From positions 37,253-101,252 of IMG/VR virus record IMGVR_UViG_3300036939_000049: a stretch of 64,000 bases of DNA, one strand, 5' to 3'. The position numbers and the translations under genes are program-made. This DNA is from a virus. The notes under the pieces are model-generated. The model made no database searches. It saw only the letters and a program-made list of their open reading frames with translations, and had not been told where the DNA came from. The stretch's first letter is position 1; every line of letters starts with the position of its first letter. Below are positions 18,508-27,647 of this stretch, one piece after another.

Positions 18508-19651
18508 GATACTGGGGCGTCCAAACGACCAGACTTGGATTTTCCCAGAGCCTATTAATTTGCCAGAAATCCCTGTTTTGATGTTGGATACAGGAAAATC
18601 TCCTGACAACGGCAACAAAATTGCAATGTTTCGTGATTCACGAACGCTTAATATCAAAAAGGTTCCTTGCAACCTAAACAAGAAACCAGGGCATATTGTT
18701 CAGTCAGACCCCTCCGATTTCTTTGCAGAACAATACAGCGATCCGGATGCATCCTTCTTGGAATTTGAGATGGATGGAGTTGTTTACACAGCTGGTAACC
18801 TTGCCGCTGACGAAAATGCTGGTGTAGGACTAGGTTTGGATAAGTTCGTTGACATAAAACCGCGTGTCACCTCGGCATTGGCTTTGTTTGGCATCACTGG
18901 ACCATTCGCGTTGTGTTTGACAGCAACCTACGAAAATCTGGAGCACTTTCAATATCAGTCTCGCCAGATGGAGAACGCCCTGTTGGGTGGGTTTAATTGG
19001 ACGACAATTTCTGGTTCTTTTTCTGCTCAAATCTTCAAGCAAGATACTGGGGATGACAATCCCGCAAAGAAAGGGTTGTTTACTATTCCTGAAAGTTCTG
19101 AATCCTGGCAGTTCCCTAAGCTTTTTGCTCAGGACAAAAAGCTTTCACTAGAAGGTAAACCTAACGTAACGGTTGAGCTTGGTTTTCAGACAACGAACTA
19201 TATGTTTCGTAAAGCAGGCGCGACGGCACCAGCGCCTGCTTTGTCTGGAGCCGATAAAGAACTGGGCGGAAATCTTTTTTACGCTGATATTGCTCAGCGA
19301 ATTGGTGCTAATAACCCCCAATCTCCGGAATTAATTAACGCTATTAATCGAGGTGACGCTAGTATTTACTTGCCAGAGCTGGGACAAAAGATAGCATTGC
19401 TCTCTGTAGTTAATGCGGCAAAGCCTAGCTTTGAAACTCGCTACATTGATAGCATTCTCAAAAATATGAGGAGCGAGTACAGAATCGTAACGCTATCTGG
19501 TGGAATGGTTTACTTGTTCGGACCCGCAATCAAGCAAGCTTTAGAGCAAAAAGGGTTTGAGGTGCGATTAATTCCGCAGTTTCCTGAATTAGCTCAAATC
19601 GTGTCCATGAGCGTCATGGCTGTTAATCGCTTCTATCGGATGTTTAACTAG
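18449..19651 (+). CDS. Actin-like ATPase (ParM/StbA-type), divergent
   Basis: Phosphate-1 LMLDTG, IPES, phosphate-2 VELGFQTTN, adenosine motif LSGG. Confidence 0.7.
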   Translation: MKALNPISQMNNTQTENPIEILGRPNDQTWIFPEPINLPEIPVLMLDTGKSPDNGNKIAMFRDSRTLNIKKVPCNLNKKPGHIVQSDPSDFFAEQYSDPDASFLEFEMDGVVYTAGNLAADENAGVGLGLDKFVDIKPRVTSALALFGITGPFALCLTATYENLEHFQYQSRQMENALLGGFNWTTISGSFSAQIFKQDTGDDNPAKKGLFTIPESSESWQFPKLFAQDKKLSLEGKPNVTVELGFQTTNYMFRKAGATAPAPALSGADKELGGNLFYADIAQRIGANNPQSPELINAINRGDASIYLPELGQKIALLSVVNAAKPSFETRYIDSILKNMRSEYRIVTLSGGMVYLFGPAIKQALEQKGFEVRLIPQFPELAQIVSMSVMAVNRFYRMFN

Positions 19652-19714
19652 TAGGCTTTGCGCTTCCCGCCCTCTGCAAAGTAGGCGGGACGAGCCAAGC
19701 TCAAGCATAAATCA

Positions 19715-20329
19715 ATGATTAAACACCTTCTATCGTTTTTCAGGAGGCTATTTCTTATGCCACGCAAACCTGCTTCTGGGGGTTCACCCAGGAATAGAAA
19801 AAAATCAACTCCATCACCAGAGATATCGACAGAGTATCAATTCGATACGCTAACAGAAAGTGAAAAAGCTTTGCAACGTGCGGGTTGGAAACCAACCTTG
19901 CTTGATGATTTTGCCGAATTTCGCCGCATCCATAACATTACACCAGAGATTATTGCTCAAAAACGCGCTGAGGGTTTCGAGATTGCCGATATTGTTAGCT
20001 TAGAAGCGACCTCAATTCATGGCGATGTTTTAGAGACAAGTCGTTTACGAGGTAGCTTTCATTCTTTGGCGGTGTCAGAAGACCAACTGGGCTTGGTTAA
20101 AGAGTTGGAAGCCGCACGTCGCGAGAATGCCCGATTGAAAGGTGATGCAATTGTGTTGCCTGTCTCCAAAAGCCAAATTGTTGATTTGTTTTGCTGGTGT
20201 AAAGACAACATGGCATGGCTCATTGTTGGAATGTTAGGTGTTTCCCTGATTTGGGTAGTATTCTTCAAGTCTGCACCTACCCCACATCAAGCGCCTACGC
20301 CAACGGTAACTCAAAAAACGCAACGCTAA
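19715..20329 (+). CDS. Membrane-anchored hypothetical protein
   Basis: Coiled coil followed by hydrophobic MAWLIVGMLGVSLIWVVFF. Confidence 0.7.
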   Translation: MIKHLLSFFRRLFLMPRKPASGGSPRNRKKSTPSPEISTEYQFDTLTESEKALQRAGWKPTLLDDFAEFRRIHNITPEIIAQKRAEGFEIADIVSLEATSIHGDVLETSRLRGSFHSLAVSEDQLGLVKELEAARRENARLKGDAIVLPVSKSQIVDLFCWCKDNMAWLIVGMLGVSLIWVVFFKSAPTPHQAPTPTVTQKTQR

Positions 20330-20381
20330 ACATCAGGGTGCGTCCGCTAGAACTCATCTACCAATCTAAGGACGCACTATC

Positions 20382-20879
20382 GTGTCTAATTTTTTTGCTT
20401 CATTTTTCAAATCATCCAGCAAAGATTCAACGCCACAAACACCAAATGCTGAAATAGAATTTCTAAATTTTGCAGGTCGTAACCTCGCAGGCTATAACTT
20501 TTCGGCAGCTGGATTAAAAGACGCTAACTTTTCAGATGCGGATTTAACAGAAGCTGACTTAAGTTTAGCGATTCTTGCTTGGGGTAACTTTACGCGATCA
20601 CGCATGACCCACACAAACTTAAGAGGTGCCAATTTAATTGGTGCAAAGCTGATTAGTTCTGATTTAACCAAAGCTAATTTAGTTGGGACAAACTTGATTG
20701 GTGCAGACTTAACCGGAGCTAATCTTGTTGGCGCAAATCTTTCAGGAGCCACGCTTCAAGCTGCTGACCTTACAGGCGCGAATCTAACAGGTGCAAATTT
20801 AAGTGGCGCTAATTTGCTAGATGCCATTATTACAGGGACTAATTTCCACGGAGCAATTTTAACGAACGCTAATTACTGA
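20382..20879 (+). CDS. Pentapeptide repeat protein
   Basis: Many A(D/N)Lxx repeats. Confidence 0.92.
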   Translation: MSNFFASFFKSSSKDSTPQTPNAEIEFLNFAGRNLAGYNFSAAGLKDANFSDADLTEADLSLAILAWGNFTRSRMTHTNLRGANLIGAKLISSDLTKANLVGTNLIGADLTGANLVGANLSGATLQAADLTGANLTGANLSGANLLDAIITGTNFHGAILTNANY

Positions 20880-20884
20880 GAAAA

Positions 20885-22609
20885 ATGGTTGGAACATTAC
20901 GCAAGCCTTCTGCTATTCGATCTACCACTACATCTTTACCTGTAGCTTTACCTAAATCTCAATATTGCCTTGCGAGTGAACTTCTTGTAGAACAATCCAA
21001 ACTTCTGGCAAACCGTGTCACTGGACTTAAAGAGCAGGCGTTGCTCGATAGCCAGTGCCAAGAGCTTGCGAGACAAATTGAGGAGCGGGCGCTTCACCTG
21101 ATTCGTAGGTACGAGTCGGGTGAAATTGACCTTAAAGTCTTCGAGAAGCATAAGCGCGAGATACTGGGAGCCGCCGCTGCCATTGGCTTGAGTTTGTTGA
21201 TTTTGAGCAATTTCAATCCAGTCTCAAAAAAAGGGAATACCGAGGTGAAGTCATCCGCAGTCTCAGTTCAGCCTCAAGTTCAAACTTTGTTCTCTGCGCC
21301 AGCTAAGCCTGACACTTTTAAGTCTGTAGACAAATTGAATAGCCCAATCAAATCACTTGCTGAACTAAAAGCGTTGTTCGCCGATCCGAAAGCACCGGGC
21401 GCGATCGCGATAGGTGCTGCCGAAGGTAATTACGACAGTAAAGGTAATCGTCTGAGGAATTGGTATGGGCACTCTGACCCTGGGGATAATCGGTACAACA
21501 AAGGTTTTTGTTCTATTGCCCCTGGTAGAGGTGACCATTTTAGTGGGGGAACACCGGAAGAGGCGGATGCGGCTTGTATCCGGATGCTGCAAGGGAAATT
21601 GGAGAAAGTATTTGCTGACTTCGAGAGAGCTGGCGCAGAGTTAACCTTAGAGCGGGCCATTAATTCTCTTGACCTTTACAACCAAGCTTCTCCTGATGTC
21701 TCAAAGAGGTTCCCAAAGCGTCTTGTTGAATTTGAAAGGAAGTCAAGTGGAGTTGACTTGATTGCCGATGCTCGGACTGCGGCATTCTACAAAGGCAATC
21801 GCAACACCGCTACTGGTTTGCTGAGTATCTGTCGTAGGGAGAATCGCCCGGTTTCGGACTGGAACTGCGTGCGGGGTGACCAGATGCGGCGTGCTGTGGC
21901 AATCCGCAAAACCCTTAACGAACTACCTGCTATTGCGCCAAGCTTGCCCGTTCAAGCTGAATCTAAGAGCAGCATTTTTCGCCCGATTGTCAATTTTTTC
22001 AACAAGACCGCTGGGCAGCAATACTCTGCTGAAGCCATTATTCAATTAATGGAGAAGCGCGGATACAAAGTCACTCGCAATCCACAAGAAGTCAACATTG
22101 TTCACGTTCGCAATGGAATTGAGGCACGCGATCGCTTTGAAGATGATCGCTTGGTTATTCAGTTCGACGCTTCAGGAAAGCCCCAGATCATCGGGCAGTG
22201 GAAAGAAACAACCAAACCAGGTCTAGGTGTGGTACGAACAACCCAACGACGGGATGGCGCCATTACTGTTTCAGAAGGGCAGTGGGAGTATAAAGTTGGA
22301 ACGCACTACGGACAAACGGGCCTGTTTGCCCACGAAGCATTAATTCAGGTATCCCCTAGTAGAGGAAGACGTGACACCAATCGCGATGGTACGCCTGATA
22401 AGCCTGTTTTCGGGCATTACTGGACGAATATCCACGGACCTTGGACAGATGAAGGGGACAGGGTACACAAGAAAAGTGCAGGTTGTTTCGTAACCAGAAC
22501 CAAGAAAGCGCATCAGCAGTTTATGGAAATTGTTAAGCGCGATCGCAGGTATCAACGAAACTCCGAACATGTGTTTTTAGCAACTGTAATCAACGCAGAG
22601 GATTTATAG
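20885..22609 (+). CDS. Putative multidomain endolysin / peptidoglycan hydrolase
   Basis: Hydrophobic segment, then a lysozyme-like region (AIGAAEG..GHSDPG..NKG), then a YkuD-like region (TTKPG..TNIHG..SAGC). Confidence 0.6.
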   Translation: MVGTLRKPSAIRSTTTSLPVALPKSQYCLASELLVEQSKLLANRVTGLKEQALLDSQCQELARQIEERALHLIRRYESGEIDLKVFEKHKREILGAAAAIGLSLLILSNFNPVSKKGNTEVKSSAVSVQPQVQTLFSAPAKPDTFKSVDKLNSPIKSLAELKALFADPKAPGAIAIGAAEGNYDSKGNRLRNWYGHSDPGDNRYNKGFCSIAPGRGDHFSGGTPEEADAACIRMLQGKLEKVFADFERAGAELTLERAINSLDLYNQASPDVSKRFPKRLVEFERKSSGVDLIADARTAAFYKGNRNTATGLLSICRRENRPVSDWNCVRGDQMRRAVAIRKTLNELPAIAPSLPVQAESKSSIFRPIVNFFNKTAGQQYSAEAIIQLMEKRGYKVTRNPQEVNIVHVRNGIEARDRFEDDRLVIQFDASGKPQIIGQWKETTKPGLGVVRTTQRRDGAITVSEGQWEYKVGTHYGQTGLFAHEALIQVSPSRGRRDTNRDGTPDKPVFGHYWTNIHGPWTDEGDRVHKKSAGCFVTRTKKAHQQFMEIVKRDRRYQRNSEHVFLATVINAEDL

Positions 22610-22610
22610 T

Positions 22611-22937
22611 ATGTTACCAGATGAACACTGGCTTAATGTACCAATCGACGACTACCAATACTACGATTGGAAGCTACAGTGTAAACTCGACCCTAAGGGG
22701 ATTTACTTTCGTTACCAAGCACCTGGAATGACTGACTGGTGGGACGGGTTCATTTCTGGGGGTACGCTTGATTATGTCCGCTATTATTTTTCAGCTTGGG
22801 CGGACATGCGCGTGCGATCGCTTCCGTTAAGTCCTAAAAAACAAGCAAAAACTCGGTTGGTAAAAGTAAAAGTAAAACCAGTGCCGTCAACAATTCCAGA
22901 AACTTCTAAATCAAAGAAAAAACAGAGTGTAAAATAA
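22611..22937 (+). CDS. Hypothetical protein
   Basis: 108-aa ORF starting 1 nt after the lysin stop. Confidence 0.65.
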   Translation: MLPDEHWLNVPIDDYQYYDWKLQCKLDPKGIYFRYQAPGMTDWWDGFISGGTLDYVRYYFSAWADMRVRSLPLSPKKQAKTRLVKVKVKPVPSTIPETSKSKKKQSVK

Positions 22938-23018
22938 GAAGGTTAGTAGAACGAGATGCACCCTGTAACCGAAAAAGCGACGTCGCATACAACGTCGCTT
23001 TTTTATGGCTAGAAAAAA

Positions 23019-23399
23019 TCAGGTAACGGTAGTAGCACCCGCGCCGCCACCTCGAACACTAAACCAATCCCCAACCGCTGTTGTATTAATTGAAATAAAA
23101 ATATTTCGACTGACGGAGTTAATGAATACTAAATCAATAAATAGAGGAACGAGGGTTGGTGCCGTCTCGCGAACGACAACGTTGTTGTGACAGATCCATT
23201 TTCTAGTGCCTCCTAACACAGGAGTAATCACAATCGGTTCATAATCTGGAAGGGTGCTATCCAAGAGTGTGTAGCTACAAGGCGGTAACCCTGCTCCAGG
23301 ACTTTTAACAACCAGTGTTGTCCCTGTAAATACGTTGGTTAGATCTATCGCTCTTAGCCTGAATAAATTGTCTAAAACGATTGGGTTACTTGCTGGCAT
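23019..23399 (-). CDS. Putative tail-associated protein, paralog of 23401-23757
   Basis: Shared pattern VxSPG..L.P..YTL...P...W...AP...PLFI...INT/S. Confidence 0.65.
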   Translation of the reverse strand: MPASNPIVLDNLFRLRAIDLTNVFTGTTLVVKSPGAGLPPCSYTLLDSTLPDYEPIVITPVLGGTRKWICHNNVVVRETAPTLVPLFIDLVFINSVSRNIFISINTTAVGDWFSVRGGGAGATTVT

Positions 23400-23400
23400 C

Positions 23401-23757
23401 TTAAATCCTCACCCAGTTTGCACTACTAGTAGTTCCTGTTGATTCGTACACTTGGACAGGGGTTGTAGCGGTGTTAATCCAACGCTGACCAATAAATAGC
23501 GGTGCTGTAGCTGGTGCAGCTGCTGCTGTGAATACTTTAGCCGTATCAGCAATCCAGCAATCAGCTGTTAAAGATGTTGGTATCACGACAACGGGTAAAC
23601 TTTCCGTTTGAGTTACAGCTTTGAATAGGGTATACCAACTGGGCAGTAAATTGGTTCCAGGACTTCCCACAACCCGGCGTGCGCCATTGGGCAAATTGGC
23701 TGTGGGTATTGCTTTTAATGCCGCTACATTAGCGACGTAATAAACAGCATCAGGCAT
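23401..23757 (-). CDS. Putative tail-associated protein
   Basis: VANVAALKAI is a tail-fibre-like N-terminal motif; paralog of its neighbour. Confidence 0.65.
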   Translation of the reverse strand: MPDAVYYVANVAALKAIPTANLPNGARRVVGSPGTNLLPSWYTLFKAVTQTESLPVVVIPTSLTADCWIADTAKVFTAAAAPATAPLFIGQRWINTATTPVQVYESTGTTSSANWVRI

Positions 23758-23763
23758 TGAACT

Positions 23764-24135
23764 TTAAATTTGAATTACACTCAGATCGATTTGCGCGATC
23801 GCGCTCAATGGCGTAATCTCTCCAGGGTTGTCCCAGTCTGAGTTTAGATCCCAGTCTGGAAGGGAGTGCCAATCAATTGTATTTACTTCCATTACTTTAG
23901 CGCTAAAGCCTTCTCCAGCGCGTAAAACAACTTTCCCTGGTAATCGCCACGTAGTGTTTGCAGCTAATCTCACGGTGTACTCTACCGAGGTTTCGCCGGC
24001 AGAACGCACAAGATAGAGATTACACGCTTTGCTGCTAATGGCTAACAAGCTAAATATTATCTCGCCATTTTGGGTAGCCGTATAAATATTAGATCTAGTT
24101 CCTGATAATTGAGATACGCCACGATCAATTTTCAA
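23764..24135 (-). CDS. Putative structural protein
   Basis: In the structural block; beta-rich. Confidence 0.55.
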   Translation of the reverse strand: MKIDRGVSQLSGTRSNIYTATQNGEIIFSLLAISSKACNLYLVRSAGETSVEYTVRLAANTTWRLPGKVVLRAGEGFSAKVMEVNTIDWHSLPDWDLNSDWDNPGEITPLSAIAQIDLSVIQI

Positions 24136-24149
24136 GAGTCACCTCAATC

Positions 24150-26066
24150 TTAATCTGATAATGCCAATATTAGCCCAATTGCATCGCCGATCGTCGGAAC
24201 ATCCAATTGAGCAGGCGTTACTTGATGGGGGTTGTTGGTATCTATGAGGTGACTAAATAAATCCACAAAGCTCCCAGGTACTTCAACCATGCAGCCCTCT
24301 GCCGGATTGTGAGAAATGCGTGACACTTGAGTTCCATCCAGGTAGTACGCGATCGCGATTTCGTATGTACCCGCTATCAGGCTTCCCCCAGATGCGCCTT
24401 GTAGCGTAATGGTGGGAGGGCTAAACAATCCGTGGTCACTACTTGGAGGGGCAGGAAGCGTGGTAATCTCCGTCAATCCGCTTAACGTGCCAATTTGCGG
24501 ATTTGCAATTGCAGGAACTCGCACTTCGTAAATTCTCCCGCCAAATCGAACGAAAACCGCTAAGACGGGTAAATTAAAACTACCTTTAGTATTTCCCCCA
24601 ATTACCGGGTAATCATTCCGGATTGCGTTTGGATAAGTGCAAGTGATGGAAATAGCTTGATTGACTGTTATTGCCACACTCTTCCATTCCCCGGCTTGGG
24701 AGTATCCCACAGCACAATCTACAATCGCTCGGATAGCTTCTGTACTAGGCACACTACCACCACGTAAAAATATTCCTCCGTTCCCATCAATGGTTACTTT
24801 TTGTCCTGTCCTGTTAGGTGCAATCCCATAAACACGATGTCTTGCTTTTGCAGGAAAGCTAAATCGCTCTACCAAGGCACTACCTTCCAAGACGTCTACG
24901 CCGCCCCCATCGTTCGGCAACACACGCAGTAAGTCGCCATTGAAAAATACCAAACTTTTGCCACCAACAAGCTCCCATAAGTCTCCAGCAAAATTCCCAG
25001 CCTGTGCAAAGGGAAACAAGATGATAGACAGCCGAGTCCCTTCCAATATTTCTCGCTGTACCTGTTCTGAGCTAAATTGTAGGTATACTTCTACAAAGTA
25101 TGCCCATCCCGTAGGTAAGTCTGTCCGTAAAGTTAGCAATCCCCTTACGCCGTACTCCCAAGTTCGAGTTCCGCCCAATTCGTTAATTGTGGTGCCATTA
25201 CTATCGACTGTCACCAATGCCCCATTAGCTAGATTGACCATCCCTCTTGGGCGCACAATTAACAAGCGGTCATAAACCTGGCTTCTGATAACCCCTTCTT
25301 GCCTTACCTCTATCCCAAATGTCGTTCCCGCCGACACTGCCATAGAACTGTTGTTGCGCCAATAAAGCTTTAATGGAAAGCTGCGCGACCCATCCATTGG
25401 GTATTTTGGTGGTGCTAGTACCGCATCAAGCGGGACGGTTGTCACGTCTTGAGCACAACCACTGTCTCCGTAAGGGTCGGTAACTGCACTTAATAAAGGA
25501 TTTCCTGCCATCCTCACCCATTTCTCCGTTGGGCGACTTGGAGGTGTAATTACTTGCGTTCCATCTACTGCCCTATACTCCCCTGGATCATAGTAATAAA
25601 AAGCCCCTTTACTACTAATTAAGCGCACCATTCCTTGTAGTAAGTCAGCGCCTATCGGTAACTGTGTGGCGGTATCGACTGCGGGTGCAAGTGTGATGTG
25701 TGCCGCTCTGTTTAAAACGATTGGGGTAAGTACGCGATCGCTAATTCCAATTACCCGCCTATTTTCATCAGTAGCGTATTCATACGTCTTCCATCCACAC
25801 AAAATCATGCCGTCATGACATAACCAGTACCAATGAAAATCAGTTGCGTCTGTTTTATTGCTTATAGGTAGTGTAATTTGAATTGCTTGAGACGCTGTGT
25901 AATTTACGGTTACTTCATTACTGGCAATCGTAAACCCTGCCCTGTTTTGTCCATGCAAGGTTAATGTGAGAGAGCCTGCGGTGCTAAACTGTCCGCCATT
26001 GAGTAACGCGATCACGGAGCTATCAAATGCAAGTTTTGTTAATCCGTAAGCGAATTCACAAGGCAT
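24150..26066 (-). CDS. Putative tail/baseplate protein
   Basis: 638 aa, beta-rich; C-terminal HLIDTNNPHQVT tail-fibre-type motif. Confidence 0.65.
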   Translation of the reverse strand: MPCEFAYGLTKLAFDSSVIALLNGGQFSTAGSLTLTLHGQNRAGFTIASNEVTVNYTASQAIQITLPISNKTDATDFHWYWLCHDGMILCGWKTYEYATDENRRVIGISDRVLTPIVLNRAAHITLAPAVDTATQLPIGADLLQGMVRLISSKGAFYYYDPGEYRAVDGTQVITPPSRPTEKWVRMAGNPLLSAVTDPYGDSGCAQDVTTVPLDAVLAPPKYPMDGSRSFPLKLYWRNNSSMAVSAGTTFGIEVRQEGVIRSQVYDRLLIVRPRGMVNLANGALVTVDSNGTTINELGGTRTWEYGVRGLLTLRTDLPTGWAYFVEVYLQFSSEQVQREILEGTRLSIILFPFAQAGNFAGDLWELVGGKSLVFFNGDLLRVLPNDGGGVDVLEGSALVERFSFPAKARHRVYGIAPNRTGQKVTIDGNGGIFLRGGSVPSTEAIRAIVDCAVGYSQAGEWKSVAITVNQAISITCTYPNAIRNDYPVIGGNTKGSFNLPVLAVFVRFGGRIYEVRVPAIANPQIGTLSGLTEITTLPAPPSSDHGLFSPPTITLQGASGGSLIAGTYEIAIAYYLDGTQVSRISHNPAEGCMVEVPGSFVDLFSHLIDTNNPHQVTPAQLDVPTIGDAIGLILALSD

Positions 26067-26071
26067 TAAAA

Positions 26072-27526
26072 TTATGCTCCATTCTTTTTTGTATAATAAC
26101 TTGCTACAAGCACTTTAGCGTTTGGTAATAAACCTAAAACTGTAACTTTTTTATCTTCTTTTACTACAAGACCATTATTTAGTATTTTAGCTACCCAAAC
26201 TAAGACATCTTTGGTTGTTTTTTCTGGGTTCGTTTTGTCATATATATTGAATTCCCGATAATCTCTAAATCTTTTCTTTACCCATAGACCTGAGCCATAA
26301 GCGCCTTCCATAATATCACTTTCAATAACGTCTTTATCGATAGAAGGTGCTACCAGATAAAAATTGTTTTTGACAAGAGTTGCACCAAACCTAGGATTTA
26401 TTGAGCTTATACTAGTGTTTGTATCTTCATAAGCGTAGCTTGCTAATGTATTAACTATGGTTGAGTTATCAGCACTCATTTGACTAACAATCACTTTATT
26501 GGTGACAACTCTACTAGGTGCAGTCCTAGAGCTACCATCAGAACTTTCATACCTTGTAGATGTGTTTTGTTCAAGATGTACAATTGAGTTATTACATCCA
26601 ATAATAAGAGAGTTTATATTAGTTTCTTCTTTTTGACTAAAAATATCTAAATACCCTCTAGTCCTAGGTGTTTCACTACTTATGTCTATCAGTTTATAAT
26701 CAATCGTAAAACCGTCGTTTCCTATAAAAATAGGTTTTATTTTTTCCTCTGAATCATTCCTAGCGATTCCATTAATAACACCTGCTGAGCTTCCAGCACT
26801 AGTATCGACAACCTTTGAATAAAAAGAGTAATTACCACGTTTTATTATTGTTTTTTTGTAAAAACTATAACTTGTATTTTGTAATTTATAATCAATAGTT
26901 ATGGTTGTTCTTCTTATGGAGTAGTCTGCACTATTATAGTCGTTTTGCTCAACAGTTTGGTTGTATGTTCCTTGGCATTGCAGCAATACGTTATTGCTTG
27001 AATAAGAAGCTGTTTGTGTTGTTATTTCACCTAATCTCCCAAACGTTGAATAGGTTTCTGTAATTGCACCGCGAACAGCTTTTCCTTCTAAATAAGCTGC
27101 CCAGTTACCTGTTCCTAGCCAAGTATACTGGGTTGAAGCTAAATCGGTGTTAGTGTGAGTATACACATTAGAATCATTCCCAAATATATTAGTGATTCTG
27201 CTTTCATTATTAAAAAAACCTACTACCCAATCATTTAGTTTTAGCCCTAAATTTGAAAGGTATGTGCGAGAACGTGTTGGTTCAGTTCTTAAGCCTGAGT
27301 AAATCTTGAGTGGGGTAGCGCGATCGCCTCCGATGTAAAGACTCCATGTCGCGCCTTCTCTAACAGTGAATAGAACCTTGATTGAATATTCTTCGTCAGA
27401 CTTAGGACGCGATCGCGTTTTCTTGAATCCAGTGGAGCGAACAACACGCTGCGGCGGCGCGTCAATGGCAATTTCTTTTCGCAGCGTGTCGGCAATTTGT
27501 TTGATTAATTCGTCTTTATCTGCCAC
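26072..27526 (-). CDS. Putative tail/receptor-binding protein
   Basis: 484 aa, S/T/N-rich; most of the gene is markedly AT-rich. Confidence 0.6.
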   Translation of the reverse strand: MADKDELIKQIADTLRKEIAIDAPPQRVVRSTGFKKTRSRPKSDEEYSIKVLFTVREGATWSLYIGGDRATPLKIYSGLRTEPTRSRTYLSNLGLKLNDWVVGFFNNESRITNIFGNDSNVYTHTNTDLASTQYTWLGTGNWAAYLEGKAVRGAITETYSTFGRLGEITTQTASYSSNNVLLQCQGTYNQTVEQNDYNSADYSIRRTTITIDYKLQNTSYSFYKKTIIKRGNYSFYSKVVDTSAGSSAGVINGIARNDSEEKIKPIFIGNDGFTIDYKLIDISSETPRTRGYLDIFSQKEETNINSLIIGCNNSIVHLEQNTSTRYESSDGSSRTAPSRVVTNKVIVSQMSADNSTIVNTLASYAYEDTNTSISSINPRFGATLVKNNFYLVAPSIDKDVIESDIMEGAYGSGLWVKKRFRDYREFNIYDKTNPEKTTKDVLVWVAKILNNGLVVKEDKKVTVLGLLPNAKVLVASYYTKKNGA

Positions 27527-27647
27527 TGCTACTTCTCACTACATTGACGCTTTGTGTTCGTAATTGCTTCTTGACCTGTGTAAGTAAGTCAGAGTCTCTT
27601 TTTTTTAAAAGATTTGCAATTTCTCTGATTAAATCCTCTTTTGTCAT
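27516..27647 (-). CDS. 43-aa ORF resembling the N-terminus of the downstream gene
   Basis: MTKEDLIREIANLLKK..VVRSSSGR versus MADKDELIKQIADTLRK..VVRSTG. ATGA overlap with the upstream stop. Confidence 0.6.
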   Translation of the reverse strand: MTKEDLIREIANLLKKRDSDLLTQVKKQLRTQSVNVVRSSSGR

